Numbered from the stretch's first letter, positions 54,104-63,970 are shown. The stretch is DNA of 64,000 nt from Candidatus Falkowbacteria bacterium (GCA_043798985.1 JAZDOE010000023.1:3626-67625), one strand, 5' to 3'. Numbers and translations: made by a program. The notes: generated from the letters alone by a model not told the origin.

Positions 54104-54105
54104 AA

Positions 54106-54327
54106 TTATGATAATCTATAAACTATTCTGCCCTTAGTAAGGTCGTATGGAGTCAACTGAACTTTTACTTTATCGCCAACGCCAATGCGAATTCTGTTCA
54201 TGCGCAACTTGCCGGATAAATGAACAAGCACCGCGTGCCCATTTTCTAGCGTCACGCGAAACATTGCATTTGGCAAAATCTCTTGAATAGTCCCAAGCAA
54301 CTCCAAAACGTCTTGTTTTTTTGTCAT
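54106..54327 (-). CDS. infA: translation initiation factor IF-1
   Basis: S1-like OB fold, 73 aa; infA-rpmJ-rpsM order. Confidence 0.85.
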   Translation of the reverse strand: MTKKQDVLELLGTIQEILPNAMFRVTLENGHAVLVHLSGKLRMNRIRIGVGDKVKVQLTPYDLTKGRIVYRLS

Positions 54328-54453
54328 GTTTAAATAAGTGATTCCAGTTTAGCTTATTAATAATGGTGTGTCAATAGTTTATGGACACTCAATCATTTTA
54401 GCTATTTTTTTTAAAAAAGTCAAACTAAAAACAGCCGCATTGTGGATGAATGT

Positions 54454-56202
54454 TTAACGGTAAAACATTTTATTCAGTTCTACGAAGCTAAATTCAACAA
54501 TACACGGACGACCATGCACGCAGGTGAACTTTTTGGTTTTAAACAATTGATCAATCAATGCCATTGCTTCCATGCCAGACAGCTCGTCTCCGAATTTTAT
54601 CGCGCTTTTACAACTCATCATTTTAAAAATGTCGTCAGCAATCTCTAAAATTTTCTCCGCGCTGGTTTTTTCGCTCAAAATCTCATCTCCAACTATTTTC
54701 AGAATCTCCTGAATAATTTCGCTCGGCTCCAGCTTGGACAATAGCGCGGGCGATTGACGAATAAGAAAAGTGTTGGCGCCAAATTCATCAATTTCAAAAC
54801 CGAGCTTTGTGAATGTGTCGCGGTTTTGCCGCAAGATATTGGCTTCAATAAGCGCCAATTCAATACTTTGAGGAAATAACATTTGTTGGCTTAAAATTTT
54901 GCCCGCGCTCCATTCAGCAGAAATTTTTTCATATTGAAGCCGCTCTGATGCTGCGTGCTGGTCAATAATTTTGATTCCTTTCTCGTCGCTGACAATCAAA
55001 TATGCTTTGTTAATCTGGCCAAGATATTGATATGGCCATTCTGATTTTCGTTCTGGAAAATTCAACAACCCCGCGTCTATTGGTCTTTGTTGCGCGCCAA
55101 CGTTGGCAGTGGGAAAATCAATCCTCTTCTCTGCAAAATTTAACCGTTCAAATCCATTTCGCAAACGTGGCGCTTGTGTTGTTTCAGGTGCCAACGGCAC
55201 AAACGATATCTTGGTTATCAACTCTGATTTATCAATCACGTCAGCCGCGCCGCGATAAAACGCCTGATAAATTAAATTGGGTTCAGAAAAACGAACTTCC
55301 AATTTCCGCGGATGAACATTTACATCAATTTTCGCAGGATCAACCGATAAATTTAACAAATAGATCGGATGTAAATCTTTTGGAATCATTTGTCCAAAAG
55401 AATCTTTGATTGTTTTTGAAATGACGAATTCATTAACAGGACGAGAATTAACAAACAAAAACTGCAGTTTTTTATTTTGCCGCGCCACCTGCGGTTTGCC
55501 AATAAATCCGGAAATTTTCACGTACAAAGTTTCATATTCAACTGCCAAAAGTTGGCCGCTGATTTCTTTTCCCAAAACCGCTTCGGCGCGCTCTAATAAA
55601 TCTGCCGCGACGCTAAAACGATAAACCTCGCGGCCATTATGAACAAGCGTCCAATCAATTTTCGGATGCGCCAAGGCATAATTCAAAAACAAATCAACAA
55701 TATGATTATATTCGTTTGCCGGCGCCTTTAAATATTTTTGTCGCGCCGGCATATTGTAAAAAAGATTTTGGATAGTGATTGTTGTTCCGACCGGACAGCC
55801 GGCATCTTCAACGCGGCGATTGCCATTTTCAACGATCAGCTTTGTTCCGCTGACATCTGCTTCTTGCCGCGACAACAATGAAAATTGGCTGACGCTTGCA
55901 ATACTCGCGAGCGCCTCGCCGCGAAAGCCCATTGTTTTGATATTGAATAAATCTTCGGCGCTCGCCAATTTGCTCGTGGCATGTTGTTCAACGCTCAACA
56001 AAACATCCTCGCGATTCATTCCGCAACCATTATCAATAATTTTAATTTCATTGATTCCGCCATTAACAATTTCAACAATAATTTTTAGCGCGCCCGCGTC
56101 AATTGAGTTTTCAACCAATTCTTTAACAACAGAAGCTGGCCGTTCAATCACCTCGCCGGCTGCGATTTGGTTTATCAATTCCTGCGGTAAAATTTTTATC
56201 AT
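54454..56202 (-). CDS. mutL: DNA mismatch repair protein MutL
   Basis: GHKL ATPase N-terminus (ELVENSIDAGA, DNGCGM), C-terminal dimerisation domain. Confidence 0.85.
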   Translation of the reverse strand: MIKILPQELINQIAAGEVIERPASVVKELVENSIDAGALKIIVEIVNGGINEIKIIDNGCGMNREDVLLSVEQHATSKLASAEDLFNIKTMGFRGEALASIASVSQFSLLSRQEADVSGTKLIVENGNRRVEDAGCPVGTTITIQNLFYNMPARQKYLKAPANEYNHIVDLFLNYALAHPKIDWTLVHNGREVYRFSVAADLLERAEAVLGKEISGQLLAVEYETLYVKISGFIGKPQVARQNKKLQFLFVNSRPVNEFVISKTIKDSFGQMIPKDLHPIYLLNLSVDPAKIDVNVHPRKLEVRFSEPNLIYQAFYRGAADVIDKSELITKISFVPLAPETTQAPRLRNGFERLNFAEKRIDFPTANVGAQQRPIDAGLLNFPERKSEWPYQYLGQINKAYLIVSDEKGIKIIDQHAASERLQYEKISAEWSAGKILSQQMLFPQSIELALIEANILRQNRDTFTKLGFEIDEFGANTFLIRQSPALLSKLEPSEIIQEILKIVGDEILSEKTSAEKILEIADDIFKMMSCKSAIKFGDELSGMEAMALIDQLFKTKKFTCVHGRPCIVEFSFVELNKMFYR

Positions 56203-58796
56203 ATTTTATCAATTCTCCGTTTCAAATCTGCAATTTTTTCCAAAGCTTTCATTGGCGTCATATTATCAACATCCAAATCCAACAACTCTTTTTCAACCAC
56301 GCTTTGTTGCGGTGTTTGTTCAATCCCGCCTGCCTGTCCGGTAGGCAGGCCAACGGCGGGACCCAATGGCAACTCAAATTGCGCGGCGTTTTTCTTGATT
56401 TTTGTTTTTGATTTTTGTTCAAGCTCAACAAGAATCTGCTCTGCGCGCTCTGTGATTTCATTTGGCAAACCAGCGAGCCGACCAACTTCAATTCCATAAC
56501 TTTTGCTTGCCGCGCCTTTTATTATTTTATGCAAAAAAACAACGCGACCATTATTTTCGCTTACAGCCACGCAAAAATTTTGGATGCGCTGAAATTTTTC
56601 AGCCAAATCTGTGAGCTCATGGTAGTGCGTGGCAAACAAAGTGCGCGCTTTTAATTTTTCATGCAAATATTCAACAACCGCCCACGCGATACTCAACCCG
56701 TCATACGTGGCTGTTCCGCGCCCAAGCTCATCCAAAATAATGAGCGAACGGCTGGTCGCGTTATTCAAAATATTTGCCATTTCTTGCATTTCAACCATGA
56801 ACGTTGAGCGACCCAATGTTAAATTGTCCGATGCGCCGACGCGCGTAAAAATCCTGTCTACAATACCGACGCGCGCGCTGATGGCCGGCACAAAACAACC
56901 AACCTGCGCCAGCAAAACAATCAGCGCGGTTTGGCGCAGATAACTGGATTTGCCGCTCATATTTGGTCCGGTCAGCAAAATTATTTCATTGTCACTTGAA
57001 TCAAGCTGCAAATCATTTGGCACAAACGGCTCGCTCTGATTTTTTTCAATGACAGGATGACGTCCCGCGCGAATTTCAATTATATTGCTATCATCAATTG
57101 TTGGCTGTGAATAATTATTTTCTTTTGCCAAAATCGCGAATCCGAGCAACACGTCAATATGCGCAATGGCGCTCGCGATTTCTTTAATTTCCTGAAAACG
57201 CGCGCTTACTTTTTCCACAATTTCATTAAAAATTCTTAGCTCGCGCTCTTTAATTTCTATTTCAGCTGTCAGAACTTTTTGTTCATATTCTTTCAGCTCC
57301 GGAATCACGAACCGCTCCGCGTTAACCAACGTCTGCTTGCGAATATAATCAGCCGGTACCGCGGCTAAATTTGAATTGCTAATTTCAATATAATAACCAA
57401 AAATTTTATTATAACTCACTTTCAAAGAGCTTATGCCGGTGCGCGCAATTTCTTGCTGCTGCAAATCTTTCAGCCATTCTTTCCCGCCGAACGCAATTTT
57501 TCGCAGATCGTCAAGTTTAGGGTCATAACCTTCTGCGATCATTCCACCTTCGTTAATGATTGCCGGTGGATTTTCTTTAATGCTGGTTTTAATCAAATTA
57601 ATAATTTCCAAAAGTTCAATAATTTTGGCGGCCGCGGCAACGCAATTTTCCATTGTCGCTAAAATATTTTTTATCGCGGGCACAAACTCCAAACTGGTTT
57701 TCAAGTTTAACAAATCCCGCGCGTTGCCGCGGCCGCAGCCCAATCTTCCAATTAAACGTTCAATGTCCGAAACTTTTGTCAACAACTCTGCCAAATCTTT
57801 TGCCGCGCTAAAATTTTTATAAAAATCAGCCACAACATTGAGCCGGTGATTAATCGCGGCAACATTTTTCAGCGGACACAACAACCAGCGACGTAGCAAT
57901 CTGGCACCCATTGCCGTTGAAGTTTTATCAATAACATTTATCAAACTCGCGTCAGACCCGCGGCTATTGGAAAACAGCAACTCCAAATTCGTGATCGCTG
58001 TCTCGTCCAAAAGCATGCGGTCATCCAACGCGTATCGCCGAATTTTTATGATGTGCGTCAAACTATTTTTTTGCGTGTCTTTCAAATAACTCAACAAACC
58101 GCCTGCCGCGAAAACTCCAGCGTCAAAATTGTCTATGCCAAAACTGCTCAAATCGTGGACCTTAAAATGGTCAACCAACAACCGCCGTGGATTTTCAAAG
58201 CCAGCCAAGTCAAAAACCGAAGCATTTTTTAATGAAGCGACAAATGCCGCGAGGTCAATATTATTTGCCAACGAATTATTAACAATAAACTCTGACGCAG
58301 ACAATCGCGCAAGTTCATTTTTCAAAACATCAAACTCAACAATCTCGCCAACTTCAAACTCGCCAGTGGTCAAATCGCAAATCGCGACACCAAACCTGCT
58401 GTTTTTAAAATAAATACTTACAATAAAATTGTTGCTTTTGCGTTCCAAAACTCGTTCGTCCAAAATCGTGCCGGCTGTGATAATGCGAACAACTTTGCGG
58501 TCAACAATGCCGCGGCCAACCTCGCCAACCTGATCGCAAACAGCCACGCGCTTACCAGCTTGCGTGAGTTTGGCAATGTATGTTTCTGCCGCGTGGTGCG
58601 GAAAACCGCACATTGGCATTTCCTTTTCTGTCTCGCGATAGCGCGCGGTCAAGGCAATATTTAAAATCGGCGCTGCGGTTTTCGCGTCATCGCCCAGCAA
58701 TTCATAAAAATCGCCCATTCTAAAAAGAAGCAGCTCGTTTTTGTGTTGTTCTTTAATTTGCCAATATTGTCGCAACACCGGCGTTAAATCGTTCAT
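56199..58796 (-). CDS. mutS: DNA mismatch repair protein MutS
   Basis: mismatch-binding N-terminus, GPNMSGKSS Walker A, DELGRGT; 865 aa. Confidence 0.9.
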   Translation of the reverse strand: MNDLTPVLRQYWQIKEQHKNELLLFRMGDFYELLGDDAKTAAPILNIALTARYRETEKEMPMCGFPHHAAETYIAKLTQAGKRVAVCDQVGEVGRGIVDRKVVRIITAGTILDERVLERKSNNFIVSIYFKNSRFGVAICDLTTGEFEVGEIVEFDVLKNELARLSASEFIVNNSLANNIDLAAFVASLKNASVFDLAGFENPRRLLVDHFKVHDLSSFGIDNFDAGVFAAGGLLSYLKDTQKNSLTHIIKIRRYALDDRMLLDETAITNLELLFSNSRGSDASLINVIDKTSTAMGARLLRRWLLCPLKNVAAINHRLNVVADFYKNFSAAKDLAELLTKVSDIERLIGRLGCGRGNARDLLNLKTSLEFVPAIKNILATMENCVAAAAKIIELLEIINLIKTSIKENPPAIINEGGMIAEGYDPKLDDLRKIAFGGKEWLKDLQQQEIARTGISSLKVSYNKIFGYYIEISNSNLAAVPADYIRKQTLVNAERFVIPELKEYEQKVLTAEIEIKERELRIFNEIVEKVSARFQEIKEIASAIAHIDVLLGFAILAKENNYSQPTIDDSNIIEIRAGRHPVIEKNQSEPFVPNDLQLDSSDNEIILLTGPNMSGKSSYLRQTALIVLLAQVGCFVPAISARVGIVDRIFTRVGASDNLTLGRSTFMVEMQEMANILNNATSRSLIILDELGRGTATYDGLSIAWAVVEYLHEKLKARTLFATHYHELTDLAEKFQRIQNFCVAVSENNGRVVFLHKIIKGAASKSYGIEVGRLAGLPNEITERAEQILVELEQKSKTKIKKNAAQFELPLGPAVGLPTGQAGGIEQTPQQSVVEKELLDLDVDNMTPMKALEKIADLKRRIDKI

Positions 58797-58803
58797 ATCA
58801 TTT

Positions 58804-58830
58804 GTACAGACGAGATATATCTCGTCTCTC
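58804..58830. repeat. REP-like palindrome, slightly degenerate ends
   Basis: gtacagacgagatat|atctcgtctctc; core identical to 40522 copy. Confidence 0.5.
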
Positions 58831-58862
58831 TCATATTAACAAACCCGCGCAAAAAATCTATA

Positions 58863-58890
58863 TTGACAAAATATAAAAAAAGATTAAGAT
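58863..58890 (+). promoter_or_regulatory. sigma70-like promoter of second GC-rich cassette gene
   Basis: TTGACA-N16-TAAGAT, GGAGG SD 6 nt before ATG 58920. Confidence 0.4.
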
Positions 58891-58919
58891 AAAGGGGCAC
58901 GTAACCATGGAGGTCGCAA

Positions 58920-59408
58920 ATGGATCTGTTAGAACTCGTACCGCCCTCCAACGTGCAAACCACGTTCGGAGAAATCCCAAAAGGCAGGCTCGCCATCGTG
59001 GCAGTTCTCGTCCTTGCATCAGGCCTAATTTGGGGAGCGATCATGTTGGTTCCGTCGGTGAATGCGTTTGCCGTAGCTCTGTCCCAGACCGATGACGGCG
59101 CAACAGGTACACTCGCAAAAATCGCCATTGTAGTACTTTGCGCGATTCCAATCGTCGCGATATTCCACAGTTGGCGACTATACAGAACCATCGTCACAAA
59201 CAAAATCGTTCCGCTTGTGTATCTCAATGTTGTAAACATTGAGCGCGATATGATTCACGTAAAATCGTACTGTGGACGAACGCTCGCTGTTCCGCGGTCG
59301 CAAGTGCAGGATAAGCGCGCCGCATGGGATCACTTGGGCTACTTAGAAATCAGCGGCACGACCAACAAACCCAAAGCAGAGCTGCGAGATTTCTACGCAG
59401 AACGATGA
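58920..59408 (+). CDS. GC-rich small membrane protein, possibly bacterial PH-domain (YdbS/bPH_2-like)
   Basis: 162 aa; two TM helices then ~75-aa soluble domain; GC-rich codon usage unlike flanks. Confidence 0.45.
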   Translation: MDLLELVPPSNVQTTFGEIPKGRLAIVAVLVLASGLIWGAIMLVPSVNAFAVALSQTDDGATGTLAKIAIVVLCAIPIVAIFHSWRLYRTIVTNKIVPLVYLNVVNIERDMIHVKSYCGRTLAVPRSQVQDKRAAWDHLGYLEISGTTNKPKAELRDFYAER

Positions 59409-59535
59409 ACGCGCAACAAACCTTGTCAAAAATTTTGACAAGGTTATTTTTTTATTATCTGCGCGCCACCTAGAATTTCAAGGGTGTCACCTATTCACAA
59501 CCCTGCATTTCATATACAAAAATGCGCATTATATT

Positions 59536-59563
59536 GTAGAGACGGGGCATGCCCCGTCTCTAC
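59536..59563. repeat. REP palindrome, perfect 28-mer, immediately 5' of RAYT
   Basis: gtagagacggggcat|gccccgtctctac; preceded by TATATT. Confidence 0.7.
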
Positions 59564-59572
59564 CCGAACAAT

Positions 59573-60112
59573 ATGCGCAATGAATTATTATTTCAAAATC
59601 AATTTAGAATTCCTTCTACACGGCTCCAATATTGGAACTACGCCCAAGACGGGTGGTATTTTGTTACAATTTGCACGCACAAACGAGAATGCTTTTTGGG
59701 GGAAATAAATAACTACGAACCGCAACTATCCCCCGTGGGACAAATCGCTGAAAAATGTTGGTTAGAAATTCCGCAACATTTTCCAAATGTTGAATTAGAG
59801 ACATTCGTCATCATGCCAAATCACATACATGGAATAATTACAATTAATTGCACGGAGCAGCAAACAAACAAAAATAATATTGGACAAAATTTACCGCTTC
59901 CACAATCATTGTCTGCGGTAATTGGTTCTTTCAAATCCGCCGTTTCAAAAATTATCAACAGAACACATCCAAAAATTCCCTTTCAATGGCAAACAAGATT
60001 TTACGACCGTATCATTCGCAATCGCGAATCAATGTACAAAATCAGCCAATACATTCTAAACAACCCTATAAAATGGGAATTGGACAGGAATAATCCAAAA
60101 AATGTTTATTAA
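59573..60112 (+). CDS. REP-associated tyrosine transposase (RAYT; IS200/IS605-like Y1 HUH enzyme)
   Basis: YFVTICT..., HUH motif MPNHIHGII, C-terminal WQTRFYDRIIRN...YILNNPIKW catalytic-Tyr block; single copy flanked by REPs; start moved from 59549 because that ATG lies inside the REP. Confidence 0.8.
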   Translation: MRNELLFQNQFRIPSTRLQYWNYAQDGWYFVTICTHKRECFLGEINNYEPQLSPVGQIAEKCWLEIPQHFPNVELETFVIMPNHIHGIITINCTEQQTNKNNIGQNLPLPQSLSAVIGSFKSAVSKIINRTHPKIPFQWQTRFYDRIIRNRESMYKISQYILNNPIKWELDRNNPKNVY

Positions 60113-60185
60113 TCTAACATTGAGGGCAACAATTATACACAACCCTAAATTTGGACAATATAATTAAAAATTTTATAAATTAAAT

Positions 60186-60213
60186 GTAGAGACGTAGCAT
60201 GCTACGTCTCTAC
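60186..60213. repeat. REP palindrome, perfect 28-mer, 3' of RAYT
   Basis: gtagagacgtagcat|gctacgtctctac. Confidence 0.7.
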
Positions 60214-60256
60214 ATAATATACCCCCCAAAATTCAATGTGTTATAAAACGCAAAAA

Positions 60257-62131
60257 TTATTCCAAAACAGCTTTGACGCGGCGGACGCCGGCCGAGCTGG
60301 CCTCCTCCTTTACAATTTTAAAATGCCCCAGCTCGGCCGTATTATTTGCATGCGGTCCGCCGCAGATCTCTTTAGAAAAAACCTGCCCCGAGCATTGCGA
60401 GGGGCCACCAATAAAATATACTTTTACTTTGTCTCCATATTTATTTTCAAAAATTCCGGTCGCGCCAATTTTTTTCGCCTCGTCCAAAGACAGCTCCTCG
60501 CATTTAACGTCCAACTTTTTCGCGATTTGTTCGTTAACAATTTCCTCAACTTTTTTAATTTGCTCTGCTGTCATTTTTTCTTCATGCGAAAAATCAAACC
60601 GCAAACGTTCTGCCGTGATATTTGATCCGCGCTGCTCAACATGCTCACCCAAAACTTGGCGCATTGCTTCTAACATCAAATGCGCGGCAGTGTGCAATCG
60701 CTTGGTTTGTTCCGACGAATCAGCCAACCCGCCCTTGAACATTCCAGCTGACGCTGTTTTGGAAAGTTCCTGATGTTTTTTAAATTCCTCGTTAAATTCT
60801 TTTTCGTCAACTTCCGCGCCGATTTCTCGCGCAAATTCTTGCGTCATTTCAAACGGAAAACCATAAGTTGAAAAAAGTATAAACGCGTCTTTGCCAGAAA
60901 TCGTTTTCCCAATGGCAAATCGCTGAAATTCTTTAATCCCCTTTTCCAAAGTCTTCGCAAATCTATCCTCTTCCTTATTAAGCTGGTCAACAATAAAGCC
61001 GCGATTTTTTTTCAATTCCGGATAAATTTTTTGCATCTGTTTGATAACCACTTCTGCGATTTGCGCTGTAAAATTGTCATTGATTCCCAATTGCTTGCCA
61101 TACCGAATGGCGCGGCGAATCAGGCGACGCAAAACATAACCCTGCAAAACATTTGACGGCTCAATCGCCTTTTCGTCGCCTAAAATAAATGTGGCCGCGC
61201 GCAAATGATCCGCGATTATTCTGAATGCCTTTTTGTTTTCCGCGTATTTTTTGTCTGATAATTTTTCAATTTTTTCAAAAATTTCCTGAAATTCTTCAAT
61301 ATCAAAGACCTCTTTTTCGCCATTCAATATCGCCGTTGTTCTTTCAAGCCCCATGCCAGTATCAACATTTTTTTGTTTCAACGGTGCCAGCGAACCATCT
61401 TGTTGGCGATCATATTCCATAAAAACATCATTCCAAACTTCAACAAACCTACCCTCTTTTACAAGTTGCTCGTGCGTTTTGCCATTTTCAAAACCGCGCT
61501 CCGGATAAACATCGTAAAACATTTCCGAACACGGACCGCACGGGCCGCCAGTTGCCAATCCCCACCAGTTATCATCATTGCCAAGCGCGAAAATCCGCTG
61601 GGCATTGTTGCTCCACGTTCCGTCCAACGAAACGTCAGCGTCAATTTTAACGTTGCCAAATTGTTCCTGCCAAATTTTTATTGATTCTTCGTCCAATCCA
61701 ACATTGTCTTTTGCATCACCGCGAAAAACCGTAATATACAAACGTTTTGGATCAAGCTTGAGCCCTTTTTTGTTTGTTAAAAATTCAAAACTCATTGCAA
61801 TCGCCTCCTCCTTAAAATAACCTGCCCCGATCCTGTCCTCAGCGTCGGGGTCGCCGAGCGACCAGTTTCCCAACATTTCAAAAAAAGTTAAATGCCTGTT
61901 ATCGCCAACATCATCAATATCGCCAGTGCGAATACACTTTTGCGCGTCAGTCAAGCGCTGACCAGCCGGATATTTTTCGCCCAACAAATACGGAACAAGC
62001 GGGTGCATTCCAGCCGTTGTAAATAAAACGCTCGGGTCGTTTTCTGGGATTAAAGAAGCAGAAGCGATTATTGCATGCTTCTTTTGTTTAAAAAATTTCA
62101 AATACTTTTCGCGCAATTGTGCAGTTGTCAT
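60257..62131 (-). CDS. alaS: alanyl-tRNA synthetase, short form lacking C-Ala domain
   Basis: N-terminal class II catalytic core (FTTAGMHPLVPY), editing-domain HTAAHLMLEAMRQVLG and CGGPH motifs; 624 aa. Confidence 0.85.
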   Translation of the reverse strand: MTTAQLREKYLKFFKQKKHAIIASASLIPENDPSVLFTTAGMHPLVPYLLGEKYPAGQRLTDAQKCIRTGDIDDVGDNRHLTFFEMLGNWSLGDPDAEDRIGAGYFKEEAIAMSFEFLTNKKGLKLDPKRLYITVFRGDAKDNVGLDEESIKIWQEQFGNVKIDADVSLDGTWSNNAQRIFALGNDDNWWGLATGGPCGPCSEMFYDVYPERGFENGKTHEQLVKEGRFVEVWNDVFMEYDRQQDGSLAPLKQKNVDTGMGLERTTAILNGEKEVFDIEEFQEIFEKIEKLSDKKYAENKKAFRIIADHLRAATFILGDEKAIEPSNVLQGYVLRRLIRRAIRYGKQLGINDNFTAQIAEVVIKQMQKIYPELKKNRGFIVDQLNKEEDRFAKTLEKGIKEFQRFAIGKTISGKDAFILFSTYGFPFEMTQEFAREIGAEVDEKEFNEEFKKHQELSKTASAGMFKGGLADSSEQTKRLHTAAHLMLEAMRQVLGEHVEQRGSNITAERLRFDFSHEEKMTAEQIKKVEEIVNEQIAKKLDVKCEELSLDEAKKIGATGIFENKYGDKVKVYFIGGPSQCSGQVFSKEICGGPHANNTAELGHFKIVKEEASSAGVRRVKAVLE

Positions 62132-62137
62132 AAAAAT

Positions 62138-62494
62138 CTATTTTAACTGCCCTTTCATCATGAACAAATCCTTATTCGCTGATGGTTTAACGACCGCTTT
62201 CTTTTTATCCATATCAGAATAAAACGACGCGCGATTGCTCAAAATCCATTTCATTTTTTGCGTGTGAAAATCCGTCATGATTGTTTTTGCCGCGTCATAT
62301 CCAACAAAATTCTGTAAAATCTGTTTTGCTTTCAATTCATTTATCCTTTGTCCAGAAGCTATACCAGCGCTACGGACAGTTTGTCTCAATTTATCAGCAC
62401 TAAAATTTTGACCCAAAGCATGATTCGCAATTTTTTGTAATTGCGCGTAAGTCATTGTGTATTGAACATCATCTTTCAACATATTAGCCGGCAA
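62138..62494 (-). CDS. hypothetical protein
   Basis: 118-aa ORF, no motif recognised. Confidence 0.35.
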   Translation of the reverse strand: MPANMLKDDVQYTMTYAQLQKIANHALGQNFSADKLRQTVRSAGIASGQRINELKAKQILQNFVGYDAAKTIMTDFHTQKMKWILSNRASFYSDMDKKKAVVKPSANKDLFMMKGQLK

Positions 62495-63731
62495 ATTTTT
62501 TTAATAAATAATAAACCTCTTTGTAATTCCGCTCGGGCGCGGCGCCAAGAACAACGGCCAAAACTTCGCGACCATTTAGCCGCGCCTTTGTTCCCAAACA
62601 ATAACCAGCCTCGTCAGTATGCCCTGTTTTGCCGCCAGTAATATACAAATCAGTATTTAAAAGTTTGTTGGTATTTGTCACCAAATATTTTTTGCCGGCC
62701 GCAGTTTTTACCCAATAATTTTTCAAGGTCGTTGCTTCCAACATTTTTGGACTTTTGAATGCTTGCCGCATTATTTTCGCCATGTCTTCGGCAGTTGAAA
62801 CATTCGCGCTGTTTAAGCCGGTTGGCTCAACAAACTTTGTGTTAGTCGCGCTGAATTCCAAAGCTTTTTTATTCATTGCCGCGACGAATTCGGGCGCGCT
62901 CAACCCGGTTGAGCGCGCCAATGCCATTGCCATATTATTTTTAGAACCAATCAATGTGGATAGAAAGACATCTCGCGCTGACAATTTATCTCCAACTTTA
63001 ATATTCAATTCCGAGCCGCCGACATTGTCGGCTTTTTGAACCTGAATCATTTTTTTCCAGCCCGGATTATTGTCTAAAAAAACCAACGCGGTCATAATCT
63101 TTGTCATGCTCGCGACTGCTTGCTGATCATCTTCATTCTTTGAAAATAAAATTTCACCGGTCGCGTCATCAATAACAATCGCGGCGCGCGCCGTCAAATT
63201 GATATTTCGTTGCTCCGCAACCATTACCATGCCATGCGAATAGCATGTTTGGGCGCGCGCCAAATTTTCTTTTTCCAATAACTTTGTGTCCAAGTCTTCC
63301 CACTTTCCATCCTGAAACAAATAAACCGCTCTGTCTGTCATAGTGTTATCGCTAAAATATTTTAAAGACAACAAAATTGGCGCGGACAAAATTTCTTCAC
63401 TTTGGTCCGCGCCAATCTCATATGAATACGCGCTGCTCACGCGAGTCAATCCATCTGGCAATGTCATTGAACCAACATCAATTTTTTCAATTTTTATCCG
63501 CATCGGCTGCCCGTTAAAATCATTGATATCAAATTGTTTCGGCAAAACTGGTAGCCAAAAAAAATCATCACTGCTTTTTATTGTGTATCCTTTTAGTAGC
63601 GTCTCGCTATCTAACGAAACAGCGGCAACATTTTCTGCTGCCGCGGCCTCGCCGGCATAAGCGTACAACGCGAAAAGAAAAACAATTATTGCCGCAAAAT
63701 ACAGCCATTTTTCCATATCCAAATATTCCAC
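62484..63731 (-). CDS. D-alanyl-D-alanine carboxypeptidase (peptidase S11, PBP5/6-like) with ~170-aa N-terminal extension
   Basis: SMTK (SxxK), GSKNN (SxN), KTGHT (KTG) motifs; N-terminal signal/TM. Confidence 0.75.
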   Translation of the reverse strand: MEYLDMEKWLYFAAIIVFLFALYAYAGEAAAAENVAAVSLDSETLLKGYTIKSSDDFFWLPVLPKQFDINDFNGQPMRIKIEKIDVGSMTLPDGLTRVSSAYSYEIGADQSEEILSAPILLSLKYFSDNTMTDRAVYLFQDGKWEDLDTKLLEKENLARAQTCYSHGMVMVAEQRNINLTARAAIVIDDATGEILFSKNEDDQQAVASMTKIMTALVFLDNNPGWKKMIQVQKADNVGGSELNIKVGDKLSARDVFLSTLIGSKNNMAMALARSTGLSAPEFVAAMNKKALEFSATNTKFVEPTGLNSANVSTAEDMAKIMRQAFKSPKMLEATTLKNYWVKTAAGKKYLVTNTNKLLNTDLYITGGKTGHTDEAGYCLGTKARLNGREVLAVVLGAAPERNYKEVYYLLKKFAG

Positions 63732-63745
63732 CTTTTTAATTAGAC

Positions 63746-63970
63746 TTAGAGCTTAGTAATACCCTTTTCTGTCAGCTTATAACAGCCAGGCAGAGCATAA
63801 GTTGCCACGCCTTTTTCTAAATTAAAATAAATCGTGTATGTCTCCGCCAACGGAAATTTCTCAAAAGCATAATTGCAACTGCCATTCTTACAAACTGGCG
63901 CTGTATTACAAAGAGTTGTCGTCCATAACGGATCATTGATATTTTTAATTGTTGGCAAATATGTTTCCAA
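63746..63970 (-). CDS. Cys-containing hypothetical protein, possibly 5'-truncated by window edge
   Basis: 74-aa ORF near window end. Confidence 0.2.
   Translation of the reverse strand: METYLPTIKNINDPLWTTTLCNTAPVCKNGSCNYAFEKFPLAETYTIYFNLEKGVATYALPGCYKLTEKGITKL

Noticed and set aside
59549-59572. ORF-track start at 59549 for the RAYT
   Set aside because: The ATG is inside the REP palindrome; in-frame ATG at 59573 gives MRNELLF and clears the hairpin.
9764-60213. CRISPR array hypothesis for the recurring GTAGAGACG palindromes
   Set aside because: Copies are kilobases apart with no regular spacing, each is a full palindrome with a different centre, there are no direct repeats interleaved with unique spacers, and no cas genes are present.
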